This document shows positions 17,330 through 28,200 of a stretch of DNA of 64,000 bases, piece by piece; position 1 is the stretch's first letter, and the number at the start of each line of letters is the position of its first letter. The stretch spans positions 767 to 64,766 of the forward strand of contig CAYUJK010000001.1 in assembly GCA_964444895.1 (NCBI GenBank), read 5' to 3'. Position numbers and translations under genes: made by a program. The notes below the pieces were generated by a model that was not told where the DNA came from, did not search any database, and saw nothing but the letters and a program-made list of their open reading frames with translations. This stretch comes from an uncultured Roseivirgaceae bacterium. Lineage in GTDB: Bacteria; Bacteroidota; Bacteroidia; Cytophagales; Cyclobacteriaceae.

Positions 17330-17782
17330 CTATTTTTGTCGAGACATGATGTCCGATATGAACTGTTTTAAGTCGTCAAACCGCGAGTTGAGCTGAATCT
17401 TAAATTCATGTACCTCCTTTTTAACTCCCTCCATCTCTTTTTTTAGTAATCTAATCTCTGTTTCTGTATTTGCGATGCGATCGTCTTGCTCTTTGTCCTT
17501 GTCCTTTCTGGAATCTATTTTATCATCAAACTTCTTGTCGAGACTTTCTATGCTGGTTTTGATGCCCGTAATCTGGATGGAATCTTTGTTTCTGAGGTGT
17601 ATCAGCAACCGTATAGATGACAGGATCACCCCACCGATAAGTCCAAAGGTGATGTGCCAGTCTAACGGCACGGCCTCGGACACAAGCCCCATTTTTTGAA
17701 GAGTACCTATTACCACAACAAACAGGACGGAACCAAAACCGAACACAAATATGGCTGCGATAACTTTTTTCACTATTTCCAT
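17330..17782 (-). CDS. membrane-anchored coiled-coil protein
   Basis: The ATG at 17782 (MEIVKKVIAAIFVFGFGSVLFVVVIG) overlaps the end of the upstream gene. Two TM helices, then a K/D/E-rich helix. Confidence 0.55.
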   Translation of the reverse strand: MEIVKKVIAAIFVFGFGSVLFVVVIGTLQKMGLVSEAVPLDWHITFGLIGGVILSSIRLLIHLRNKDSIQITGIKTSIESLDKKFDDKIDSRKDKDKEQDDRIANTETEIRLLKKEMEGVKKEVHEFKIQLNSRFDDLKQFISDIMSRQK

Positions 17783-18129
17783 TTGATTATACCAGCAAAT
17801 AAATGTACCACTATTACGATTATCCAAGTAGCCACATCGATATGCCAGTCATTTACGATGGATTCTGCCATATTAAATGTAGGACTCAAACTTGCGACTA
17901 AATTTAAAATAATTCTACAAAGAATAACAAGGATAAAGGTGTATAATGATATTTTTCCCGCCATACTTACATTCGGGGTTATGGAAGTAAACATGGTGTA
18001 TCCTATATACGCATACACCACAATAAACCAGAAAGAGTTCAGGTAGACGCTCCACCCCTCTACGATAAAAATCCTATCGTAGACAGCCAACGACAGCATC
18101 AACAAGTAGATGTGGGCATGTTTACTCAC
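17773..18129 (-). CDS. multi-pass membrane protein
   Basis: GTG start in the track. Four hydrophobic helices across 118 aa. Confidence 0.5.
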   Translation of the reverse strand: MSKHAHIYLLMLSLAVYDRIFIVEGWSVYLNSFWFIVVYAYIGYTMFTSITPNVSMAGKISLYTFILVILCRIILNLVASLSPTFNMAESIVNDWHIDVATWIIVIVVHLFAGIIKWK

Positions 18130-18229
18130 GGATTCTTAGGTGCTGGTCCGCCTGGTGATGTTGGTTGACTTGATGTTTGAGTTTTCCCGCCCTTGACAGG
18201 TCTGCTCGTGGTTTGTTTTTTTGCCATGA

Positions 18230-19201
18230 CTATTTGATTTCGAAATTAGGTTGAATAATTATCACTTCGTTTTCTTTCGTGTAAACTTCATATTGGCCTT
18301 TTCTAACCAATGTTTTGCCTCCGTTTTCAATAGCGCTTTCAAGTGCTTTGTGAAATTCATTATGCTTTGACTTTAAGGTGTATGAAGGATCAACTTTATT
18401 GAAAACTGTATCACAATTATTAACTATCTGAACCACAACGGGAGGCTTGTTCTCTACTTCAATTTTCTTAATAACAAGCCAGGCATTTGTAGCTGCCGGA
18501 TTCTTTTGCCCCGTAGGGGCTATTTTCAAAACGTGCTGTTTATCTTCCAGGTCAGTAATCTCGTAAAGTAATTCAACGGGAGAGCCGTCCCTATCCTGAT
18601 ACTGATCTATCTCTACTTCATTACCATCCAAAGTGAGTTTTGCTATTCCGTGTGTTCGCATTTTCTCTCCGTACACCTTAACTCCGGTACCGGAGAAAAT
18701 CAAATGTATATAACTATTCACATCATTTGAATATTTGCAATTGCATCCTGACCCCCCTTCCCATGTGCCTGAATAGTAAAGATATGGGGAGTTGTAAGTT
18801 AGCGTGTGATTTCCACGTGGGACTATCTTACCTTTCAAAACATCCCCTTGTGGTGTGTGTGTTCCATAAACTCCAAATGCTTTTCCTATCCACTGGTTAA
18901 GAAAAGCAACGTACCCATGTATTTCCAGTATATCAGTAGCGTTTTTTTCGATAGCATATCCAACTTTTGTTTCGTTTTGAAACATCTTGCCGCTATTCGG
19001 TTGCGCTGTTGTTTGTAGCTTCAAAAATCCATACTTATCAAAAAGAATCCCTATGTCTTGTTTCCATGCATCAGGAGATGGATTAAGCATTTTTGTGCTT
19101 CTGTCCAAAATCGTGCTGTCTGTTATCTGCAGATACCTCTGAGCAGAGCATATTGTTGATGTCAACAAAATGATCAAAATCGAGTTTAAGAGTGTTTTCA
19201 T
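18230..19201 (-). CDS. secreted protein with carbohydrate-binding-module-like C-terminal region
   Basis: Signal peptide MKTLLNSILIILLTSTICSAQ. HGIAKLTLDGNEVEIDQY...HVLKIAPTG...AWLVIKKIEV resembles jelly-roll CBM/lectin patterns. Confidence 0.4.
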   Translation of the reverse strand: MKTLLNSILIILLTSTICSAQRYLQITDSTILDRSTKMLNPSPDAWKQDIGILFDKYGFLKLQTTAQPNSGKMFQNETKVGYAIEKNATDILEIHGYVAFLNQWIGKAFGVYGTHTPQGDVLKGKIVPRGNHTLTYNSPYLYYSGTWEGGSGCNCKYSNDVNSYIHLIFSGTGVKVYGEKMRTHGIAKLTLDGNEVEIDQYQDRDGSPVELLYEITDLEDKQHVLKIAPTGQKNPAATNAWLVIKKIEVENKPPVVVQIVNNCDTVFNKVDPSYTLKSKHNEFHKALESAIENGGKTLVRKGQYEVYTKENEVIIIQPNFEIK

Positions 19202-19203
19202 GT

Positions 19204-19470
19204 TTATTTAAGTAAGTCTTGAATTACTTTTTTGTGATCTTGAGCCTCTTCCGGGATTCGCTTAGTGAGTAATTTTCTAACATAAGCGCGGCGGTTTTCC
19301 TGTCTTTCACAATTTGAAATCTCTGTTTTCTTTCTACCGCCATTAGGTCTTACCCGGTATCCACCGTCTTCGTTAAGCGTTATCAAATTCTTTTGATAAG
19401 CTTCGGTTAAGAATCTGCTGACCTCAGATGGGTACTTTGCAGAGATTTTTATCTTTATGTTTTTGATCAT
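19204..19470 (-). CDS. small basic protein
   Basis: ATG ORF, 88 aa, Lys/Arg-rich. Confidence 0.55.
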   Translation of the reverse strand: MIKNIKIKISAKYPSEVSRFLTEAYQKNLITLNEDGGYRVRPNGGRKKTEISNCERQENRRAYVRKLLTKRIPEEAQDHKKVIQDLLK

Positions 19471-19564
19471 ATCTGCTTTATTTGCTTCTCACAAATAATC
19501 AAAACCTTAAACTGAGGGTTGACCGGTTTGGGGACTATTTTAGTCGATATTTGGTTGCAAAAGG

Positions 19565-20812
19565 TCATTTTATCATCTCGATTATATGAAGATCGTTTTG
19601 TTCCGCTCCGTTCGCGACGTTAGTATTACCATTTTTAAATCCACTTGCGAATAATGCAAACTTCCCCCCTTTCGGGATTTCATCAAAATTAAACGGAACA
19701 CTTACTTGTGCGGATAATCCTGTGCTGCTTGTGATTAGTTTTTGTTTGAATTTAAAAATATTATTAAGATTTGTTTCATATAAATTTAAATCGCTCCCAT
19801 CTATTCCGACGCTATAATATTTGTTACCGCTTTTCATAATCGCCCTTACCTTTTCGGAAATGTCTGAATTTGTATTGTAAGACCATCCGTTTTGATAGGT
19901 ATACATTCTAAGTTGATTTTCTATCACATTAATTTGTTTCACAATTCGTCCGTTCACAATTCCCGCACCACCGGGGCCTACACCTGATGTTTCATTATCA
20001 GCAAACTTATAATGCGCATCCAATAAAGTTTCTGTTAAATGTCCCTCTGTATCTACTTTTCTACTATATGTTTCGTCGATATTATACCACCTGTATATAT
20101 CATCAGGGCTTATCTTTACGTGGTAGAATTTCTTATAATGTGACTCTTCTATGAAGACGCGCTTCATAAACCTGAGATGAAACCACCCGTCTTGGGTTGT
20201 AAACCCATTTAACATTCCGTGTGCATAATGACGATAATTAGCCCCTTCTATCGCTGCGGCAGTCGCCTGTACGGGGGTTCCGAAATTCACACCATCGTAA
20301 GGGGTAATTCTTAAATTTGGCAAACCTCTTCTTCCGATTGTGAAGAATGAAGTGTTATTTATTTTAAACAACTTGGGATAATCTCCGATAAGAGGACTCA
20401 ATTGCTGATATTCAAAGGTCGTTATATCGTAAGGAGTTGTGTTTACCCAAATATCACTTTTGTCCAAATCATGTTGTTCGTGAAATAAATATATTTTTCC
20501 CGCCCCATCAGTCGTTATCACGGGGTTATCGTGATAATCAAGCGAACTTGGCCCATTTGGCATAAATTGATTTGTAACTTCTCCTTGATAATATTGAACA
20601 ATCCCCGCCCTGCCATCAATACCACCAACATGACTTTTTCTATGCGCAAAATATGTTCGGCCATTATCATACCAACATGACGGCGCATACAATCCCTGAA
20701 ACGGTACTGCTAAAATGTTTAAATTATTATCATTTCCGTTTATTGTAAAAACCACACCCGTTGCGACCATGTCAGGCTCCCTCCTTCCCATTGATGTGAA
20801 AATATTTATCAT
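19565..20812 (-). CDS. hypothetical tail-fibre-associated protein
   Basis: ATGA-coupled to the 1024-aa fibre gene. Composition is beta-rich. No motif named. Confidence 0.5.
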   Translation of the reverse strand: MINIFTSMGRREPDMVATGVVFTINGNDNNLNILAVPFQGLYAPSCWYDNGRTYFAHRKSHVGGIDGRAGIVQYYQGEVTNQFMPNGPSSLDYHDNPVITTDGAGKIYLFHEQHDLDKSDIWVNTTPYDITTFEYQQLSPLIGDYPKLFKINNTSFFTIGRRGLPNLRITPYDGVNFGTPVQATAAAIEGANYRHYAHGMLNGFTTQDGWFHLRFMKRVFIEESHYKKFYHVKISPDDIYRWYNIDETYSRKVDTEGHLTETLLDAHYKFADNETSGVGPGGAGIVNGRIVKQINVIENQLRMYTYQNGWSYNTNSDISEKVRAIMKSGNKYYSVGIDGSDLNLYETNLNNIFKFKQKLITSSTGLSAQVSVPFNFDEIPKGGKFALFASGFKNGNTNVANGAEQNDLHIIEMIK

Positions 20813-23800
20813 AACCCTAATTCTGCATTTCTTTGTTCCTCAGTTAATGCGGAACTAAATATCTTTATGTACCCTATTTTCCCGTTAAACGGTAAATTAT
20901 TTTCAAACGAGTGGCCAACTCTTAATACCCCATCATAAGTGATTGTCCCAATACTTGTACTGCCGTTTGTTCCTACATTTGTGTTTGTTGAGTCATATAT
21001 TTTCATAACTCCAGACTCATTTATAAATATAAAATCCCTTGCCACGCCATCTTTAAACGTAGTGCCTAATACAAAACTCGCCGTATTGGTTGTTGTTCCG
21101 TCTTTAAGAGCGAAGATAAGTGTATTCCCGTCACCGGAAAGCTGACACGATATACCATGATCTAAACCCTCAGATAATGCGCTCCTGTTATGCAGAATGC
21201 GAAAAGTACCTTCGACATTATCAAAGGACAAACCTTTGATAACTATCGTGAAATCGTCCCCTTGTTGAAAATTAAATGAAGATGTTGTTCTTGTTAATTG
21301 TTTTCGTGAAATAAGGTGAACACCGGCAAACACTATATTATTATTTTCATCTGAATGTGTGGGCCTAAGACCTAACGTAGACTCTACTAAATGTTCATTA
21401 TTCCCCGACTTATCCATCCATTGTGACACCACCGTATTTGGTGTAATTATGGTTGAATTATCAGATGCATCCCAATAAGCTAATAATGTGCTTATCTCAA
21501 CATTGTTTGTTATTTCTGTCGCTGAGAATGCATCTAATGCGTTCGAAGACAAGTCTTCTATATTTGAACCAGTTCCGCTATATGCAATAGTAGGTGTTTC
21601 TGCCTCTATAAAAGCGGCAGAAACAGTAAAATAATGCCCTGTTGTTTGTCCGGCATTGATAAATAGCGATGTTATCGTTCTCGATGGAGAAGCTATTGTA
21701 AACCCTCCGTATGTTGTCCCCGTGATTATTTCAGAACTACTAAAATATACTCTATCAGGATTAGCGTCTTGAACAACAAAAGCGCTTAAAATTGGTGCTG
21801 TAACATCCTCCGCCTCGGTTGTAGCGTTTGCAGTAGTATACTCTGAATTTTGATGTGCTACTGGATTTGCAATTGCTGAAAGCCTATAAAAATATTGAGT
21901 GCTTGCAGTTAATCCCGTATGATTATATGAAGTGCTATTCGCAGCTATTGTTCCTCCGATTTGCGTCCATGTATCTGTTCCGTTAGGCGACCATTCTAAC
22001 ATATAAGACGCTTCATTTTCAACATCATCCCACACAAGGTTTATCTGAGTGTCGTTTATAGGCGTGGCCGTAAAACCAGTTGGAGTGTCAAGGGGTGACA
22101 ACTCTTCTATTTCTGTTACTTTATAGTAATTAACCCTTATGGTTCCATTGATAAAAGCAAACCCGAAAACATAATCTCCTTCCAGAAGAATTTCACCGTT
22201 CATAAAATCTTCTGGTAAATAAAGCTTGTACCCCGATGGTTTTATAAACGTCAACGCATAGGATCCATCGCTCTGTATGGTTACAAAAACAACCTTTCCA
22301 TTTACATGCCCACTTTCTGCAAAAGTTATTAATAAATTTGCCTCTAAAGTGTAATCTGAATAAGAGCCAGATTGATTTATTGTTAGTAAATCACCCAGGA
22401 ATGTTCCAAATGGTGTATAGCCCGCCCCCGAAACATCCAACTCAATCGTTACCTCATCTTCATTCTCTATCGTTCCAACTATCACTAAAGGTGAAATGGT
22501 GTATTTTACATACCCGGTCTCATCTGTCTTTCCGGTTATATCAAACATCCAATAGTTGCTTTCGTCCTTAACTACTTTCAGTATACTCCCGGCATCCCCT
22601 TTATTTAATAAATTTGACCAATCCGTAGTCCCGTCAGAATCGTGGGCGTATGCTTCGGTAGCGAGGTTAGGATCAATATGATTTAACCTTAATTGTCCAC
22701 TTGAAGGGGGTTCTGAGGTTGTTGTGTCATACCCTCTTTTCCCAGCGCCGATTGACACGCCGGACGCCTCGGCAACCTTTGTGTCAACATATACCTTTGT
22801 GGCCCGCTGACTCGCCGGAACCACACTTGAGGGGTCTTCCCCTCCCAACTCCTCGTCATCATCCGAATAGATGTATTTCCTGACAAACTCCCAATATTCT
22901 GCCCCACTCTGTCCCAGCGTACCGATGAACCGGTACACGTTACCATCCTGAAGCACCGCCCATTGTTCATCCGGGTTTATCGTATCCGCATTATCCCTTT
23001 CCGTCAGCGTATCAAACTCCCCTTGTATCCCATCCGAAGCAAGTTGTATCTGCTCCTGAAGGTTTTCGATGATGCTATTGACTTGTGTCTGAGTGTAATA
23101 TTCAGTGTTGAGCGTATTGGTTATCGTATTCAGCAAACCAGTCAAAGACTGATCGTGTTCATCTTTCGAGTACACATAAGCCATGATGGCCCCCACAGTG
23201 GCCACAGCGTCCGGTGTGTCCTCCGAAATGGCATCAACCACTATCGGTATCACCAATTGGTTGATCTGCTCTTGTAGGCTCTGGAAATCCTCCTGGGTGG
23301 CTATCTGTAAAGCACCTGACGCTATGTCAAGTATGATGTTCGGTATCCCGGTGATAAGGTTCCACTGCAAAGCACTTACCTGGGCAAGCCTCCTCCATCT
23401 GGCTCCATCCCATATCACCCAATCGTTCAGGTTAAACACCTGGTTGCCACCGCCGAAATTTGCCGTCCCCGCCTCATTACACACGTAGAACCATCCGTTC
23501 ATCGCATCCACCGGAGACAAAGGATTGTCCCTGATCAACATGCTTTCACCATTCAGCAAGGTTACTGCGCTGAATTGCCCCTTGAAGGTGATGCCGGAAG
23601 GAAAAGACGTGCCTAATGGTATTTTCTGCCAAAAGGCATTGTTTGACAGGTTCGCCACGGTATTGTCCGGGGAAAGCAACCAATACAAAGCAGGCTGCCC
23701 GCCATCGGAATAAACGGACACAATCATCTGCCTGCGGCGCTTCTCCACGGGTATGGCGTGCATGGCGGCCACAGTCATCGTATTACGTGTGCCACCTATA

Positions 23801-23883
23801 CCATACTGCTCATGGTGGGTGCCGTAGGTGTCGTTGTTGGGGTCTTTCGGCCTTATATAGTCGGTGACGGTAGGAAAGCTCAT
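20809..23883 (-). CDS. tail fibre/spike-like protein with fibronectin type III domain and lectin-like C-terminus
   Basis: The FN3 consensus is visible (PTGFTATPINDTQINLVWDDVENEASYMLEWSPNGTDTWTQ...STQYFYRLSAIAN). The C-terminal ~200 aa look like a concanavalin/LamG domain. 1024 aa. Confidence 0.6.
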   Translation of the reverse strand: MSFPTVTDYIRPKDPNNDTYGTHHEQYGIGGTRNTMTVAAMHAIPVEKRRRQMIVSVYSDGGQPALYWLLSPDNTVANLSNNAFWQKIPLGTSFPSGITFKGQFSAVTLLNGESMLIRDNPLSPVDAMNGWFYVCNEAGTANFGGGNQVFNLNDWVIWDGARWRRLAQVSALQWNLITGIPNIILDIASGALQIATQEDFQSLQEQINQLVIPIVVDAISEDTPDAVATVGAIMAYVYSKDEHDQSLTGLLNTITNTLNTEYYTQTQVNSIIENLQEQIQLASDGIQGEFDTLTERDNADTINPDEQWAVLQDGNVYRFIGTLGQSGAEYWEFVRKYIYSDDDEELGGEDPSSVVPASQRATKVYVDTKVAEASGVSIGAGKRGYDTTTSEPPSSGQLRLNHIDPNLATEAYAHDSDGTTDWSNLLNKGDAGSILKVVKDESNYWMFDITGKTDETGYVKYTISPLVIVGTIENEDEVTIELDVSGAGYTPFGTFLGDLLTINQSGSYSDYTLEANLLITFAESGHVNGKVVFVTIQSDGSYALTFIKPSGYKLYLPEDFMNGEILLEGDYVFGFAFINGTIRVNYYKVTEIEELSPLDTPTGFTATPINDTQINLVWDDVENEASYMLEWSPNGTDTWTQIGGTIAANSTSYNHTGLTASTQYFYRLSAIANPVAHQNSEYTTANATTEAEDVTAPILSAFVVQDANPDRVYFSSSEIITGTTYGGFTIASPSRTITSLFINAGQTTGHYFTVSAAFIEAETPTIAYSGTGSNIEDLSSNALDAFSATEITNNVEISTLLAYWDASDNSTIITPNTVVSQWMDKSGNNEHLVESTLGLRPTHSDENNNIVFAGVHLISRKQLTRTTSSFNFQQGDDFTIVIKGLSFDNVEGTFRILHNRSALSEGLDHGISCQLSGDGNTLIFALKDGTTTNTASFVLGTTFKDGVARDFIFINESGVMKIYDSTNTNVGTNGSTSIGTITYDGVLRVGHSFENNLPFNGKIGYIKIFSSALTEEQRNAELGL

Positions 23884-24788
23884 ATTACTTGCATCCGCGT
23901 CGCGGCGTTTTGAAAGTTAGTACTCCTGAAATACCAGAAATTTACATCCACAAATCCATTGTTAAACGTTCTGTCTGTCTGCTGCTGCATCCCATAGGTA
24001 AATAGTGGGTTTCCGGTAGCAATATCTATGTCTATAAAACCAATCCCCGATATACTTATGGTCTTGGGGATCAGCAAATGTGAATAACCACCACCGGGGA
24101 AATTGTTCACGCTTTGCCTTGCGTTCTGAAGTTTTTTACCTGTGAGTTGGTTGTATTGTGTTTGGGTATCAATTGTCAAATCCGGATGCGAACCAAACAC
24201 GATCGGAGCAAACCATGGTAACGACACATTTCTTGCACTTGACTCTCCGTTGATGCCCCTGACTGTCACGGTAATAGTGACATTTCCAGGGGTATTTTTC
24301 GTGTGGCTTGTTACCGATATAACGTTGGGTGTGGCAGGGTTTATCTGCTGTTCTGAAAACAGGGACGGCCCCGATGATATGATCGTAGAGGCCCCTGGGT
24401 TTACGTTCTGTAAATTCGTGACGTTGCATACCACCTGGATAGTCCCGGACAACGCCTGTCCTATTTCCCTTGAAGAAGGACTTACCGTAAAAGAATTTAG
24501 CACCACGGCCTGGTATTCGCTCAATATTTGCTGCAACACGTCGGCCACATCGAGGTCTTTAAGCACACTCCCCGCATTTATTCCCCCTACCTTTACCGTT
24601 GTGGGTTGGTCAAAAGGATATACATGGCTGAGCTGTGGTAAATTACGCATCTGCCTCTGGCCATCGGTGATGAACATCTGGTACCTGTTATCCGGGAGCC
24701 GGGCAATCACAACATTCCCCTCCGGCACCACCAACGTATTGGTGAGCTTGTTTGATTTTGTGCCTTTAAACCACTTGAATAAGCTCAT
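23880..24788 (-). CDS. hypothetical tail/baseplate-module protein
   Basis: Coupled ORF, 302 aa, Ser/Thr/Asn/Gln-rich and beta-like. Confidence 0.55.
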   Translation of the reverse strand: MSLFKWFKGTKSNKLTNTLVVPEGNVVIARLPDNRYQMFITDGQRQMRNLPQLSHVYPFDQPTTVKVGGINAGSVLKDLDVADVLQQILSEYQAVVLNSFTVSPSSREIGQALSGTIQVVCNVTNLQNVNPGASTIISSGPSLFSEQQINPATPNVISVTSHTKNTPGNVTITVTVRGINGESSARNVSLPWFAPIVFGSHPDLTIDTQTQYNQLTGKKLQNARQSVNNFPGGGYSHLLIPKTISISGIGFIDIDIATGNPLFTYGMQQQTDRTFNNGFVDVNFWYFRSTNFQNAATRMQVI

Positions 24789-24791
24789 TTA

Positions 24792-25271
24792 TCAATAGTT
24801 TATCACTTCAAAGTAAACTGTTGGCGCTGCCCAATACGCGTTTCCGTCTTGACCAATGGTCAATATGTAATTGGGCACCCTCCCCTCTGTCGGAAGTCCA
24901 GACCCGGACGGTTGTTGTTCAAATATAGACGATTCGGACTGAACTACCATGTTGTGTAGGGCGATGTCCGAATATGGGTAAACATCCAGCTGAAAGAGGT
25001 ATCGCCAATCAGACAACATTTTCATCATCTCGGCGTCCGTCTTACCAAAGAAGTTCGTAACCGGATTCATGTTGTCGTCAACAATTTTATAACGGGTGTT
25101 GTACACCGCGTCGATGACCCAGTCAAGGAACTCCGTTTTATCGGTTAGTTCCTCATATTCTTTTGTCCGTTCCTGGCCGTTCTCTATGAGCACAACCCTC
25201 CGTTGTCCGTATTCAGCTATCTTATTCCGGGCGGAGATGACGAATTTCACTATTTCTTCATTGATGTTCAT
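24792..25271 (-). CDS. hypothetical tail-module protein
   Basis: ATG ORF, 159 aa. Confidence 0.55.
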   Translation of the reverse strand: MNINEEIVKFVISARNKIAEYGQRRVVLIENGQERTKEYEELTDKTEFLDWVIDAVYNTRYKIVDDNMNPVTNFFGKTDAEMMKMLSDWRYLFQLDVYPYSDIALHNMVVQSESSIFEQQPSGSGLPTEGRVPNYILTIGQDGNAYWAAPTVYFEVINY

Positions 25272-25273
25272 GA

Positions 25274-28200
25274 CTATATGAGTGTCTTTATTCCTGTGGA
25301 CAATTGGAGGTTGGCGGAATCCAATATAGAAACTTCCATAAAAGCGGAAATTAATCGTAACGATCCCGCACTTCCTTGTTGATTCTTGCTTACATAAAGT
25401 TGTATGTACCTCCTGTTTGTGAAGTAGTAATCTGTAATGCTATACTGCGCCGGGGCCCCGGACGACACGCCGTTCGCTATACCTCGGATGCGAAAAGAGT
25501 CTGACATGATTTGAGCGTGTACAAAGTTGTTGCCCGCGGATATAAAGCTCGTCACGGGCAATACTTTCAACACTAAAAAGTCGTCCGCATCATTGTAAAC
25601 GGCGGCGCTACAGTCTATTTTCAGAAGTTTGTTGGAGGTGTTGCCCGTGTCTATTACCCCGCCCACGAAAACGTTGAATGCGGCGTTCTCATTTGGAATG
25701 GCTACCCCCCCAAGATTTCGGTAATGGGAAAATAACTGTTTACTTACACCATCTGTCACTCCTTTGGGGCCTTGTAGCCCTGTTATGGTAGATAAAGCCA
25801 CAACATTTGCCCAAAACCCTGCTGACTGGTGCTTATACTTTGTTTGTATGTGGGTAGAGGTCACCCGAAACTCTGGCTCAAACTGTACTCGGCCTCCAAC
25901 AGTGATTACCGAAAAGTCACTCATGCCCAGCACAATTTGGCCGCTTATAACGGTAGCGCTGATTACCGACAAACCATCTTCTCCCTTCATTCCTGTTGGA
26001 GCGGCATGGACAATAATTTTCCTCAGCGTGCCACTTTGTAATGTGGATGACCAAATATACAACCTTAAATCAGTGGTGGATGACGGTATGTTTTCCACGG
26101 GACACCAGAATATCCTCCATTGGGTTTGCCCGGAAGAGCCGTTAAACAGCCCCAATTCAACAGCATTGCCGGTAGTTGTGCCCACGGCAACCCTGGCTGT
26201 GTTTTGCAGGTTCGTGTGATATATTGCCACCCACAGTCCTCCCAGCTCCGTGGTTTGCACTTTCCCAAGCACGTGTACCCTGGCCCCTGTTATGCTGGTG
26301 TTAAACGGGATCGTCTCTGTCCCTTCCCATGAGTACAGGCCCCCATTAGCGCCATCGGCCCCGTCCTGACCGTCCTCTCCGTCCTCACCGGGTATAGCTA
26401 CCCCGGATGCGGGGTTTATCTTAAATGGGCCTCTCCATGTTGTTCCTCCGTCATGGCTCTGTGCATACCATTTTGAGTTGGATGTTTCTACCTTGTACCA
26501 ACTGTTCAGTCCCGCTGTATTATTGGGGTAGCTGTCAAAATGGTTTACCGGTAAAGGTGGTTGGTTGGTGTGGTCGTTGTTGTTAAATAGCAGCTTCGTG
26601 CTATTGTCGGGCACGTCGTTGATCCTTACCTCATCATAATAAAAAGGGGCGTTGTAGCTGCTGCCTGTTTTTGTCAGGTACGCATAACACCCATATACCG
26701 CGCTGCCGTCTAAATCCTCGTGACTTACCGTTAAAACCTCATCAACAGCATCCACATCAGAAATAACGTTGCCTGCACCCACGCCTTTATACCTGCCCTG
26801 AACCACAACCCACTCGTAATTAAACCCCGCAACAGGCTCGTTCCCGTCTTCCGTATGGCGGGTGAGTAGCGCAGTGAGTTCTATGTCGTTTCTTCCACCC
26901 GGACTGTAATCAAAATTAAATGTCGCCCTATCAGAGATGATGTTAAGCCCTGTGAAGCCTTCCGGTTCAACGGTGGTGCCAATACCTATGTACACTCGTT
27001 TTGTCTCTGTACCGAGTGTAACGTCCAATACCACGAAGCCCTTCTCTTTGGTGTTGTCCCAGCCAATCAAATCTTCGTCGATAGTGATGATTCTTTTATT
27101 CCCCGCGTCATTACCTATCAGCACCCCGTTGGTATCGGTAAATACACCGCTCACAGACACTACATCAATAGTGTAGTCGTCCCACGGCCTTACAGAGCTA
27201 CCCTTACGGACTTCAATCCGTGAGTCAATATCATCAAGCTGGCCTTCAATCGGATCCTTTAGTCCATCTACCCGTACCAAATGAAACGGGTTTTCCACAT
27301 GTACATCGAAAGCACTTTCCCCCGCCGCTAAATCAGCCTGTTCCCGCCGGGATACCATCACCCAATCTTGCAAAACCGGGAGTATCCCTACGGCAGGTAT
27401 CTCCGCTTTGAAATACACGTCGTTGCCGACAAGGTCAAATATATCCGTAGCGGTAATTTCTTCGCCTCCTACAAGCACCAAATCATTGTTGGCATTCTTG
27501 TACAGATGTTTGGGGGCGCTACTGTCTGAGTTCGTTGTGGCTGTTATTTCTACCCACGTATCAGTTGTCGGGTCATCTCCGTCGAGATAATACCACTCCA
27601 CATTTGCTTTTATGGCGTTGTCCACTTCTGCCCGTATAATGATCGTGTTTGGCAAAAGAACTACACCAGAGCCCTCACCTGCCCGGATAAAATACGGCTG
27701 TGTGGGGTGTGCGGAAAGCGTCCTCCCGTCTCTGCCATCTACCTGGTCTTTGATGCTGATTTCTTCCACAAACAGCGGTGGCCCGTCAATCACCCCCTCG
27801 TCAATAGCAGATTGTATGTCGTTAAAGCCGTCAGCATCTTCAATGGTGACCTCAACCCTGAATATTGCTCTTCCAGTAATGTCACTATGAAGAACCTGTA
27901 TGTCGCGATTTGTCCCTAAATCTTCTGGAACAGTTAAAAACTCACCATCATCAAATATCTTGTACCACTGGTAGGTCGCCTCTATTTCTTCTCCTGCCAA
28001 CACATCATTGTTGCCCAAAAACAATTGTGCCCTCAGCCATAGCTTTTCCGGGTCTCTGGTTTCCACGCCGCCCGTCAGCCTACGGATGATTGTATCATCG
28101 ATTTCACGTGTGGCATCAATGGCATCGCTGTCATCGGGGTGTATCGATATGTAGTCCTGGTAGGTTAGTTGTGAAGTGAATGGCACCGGCGCTGACCAGT

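Noticed and set aside
18126-18227. 33-aa basic Pro/Ser/Thr-rich ORF (MAKKQTTSRPVKGGKTQTSSQPTSPGGPAPKNP), coupled by a GTGA overlap to 17773..18129
   Set aside because: The coupling is suggestive. However, the ORF is very short and low in complexity, and the downstream start it couples to is itself an uncertain GTG. Not reported as a feature.
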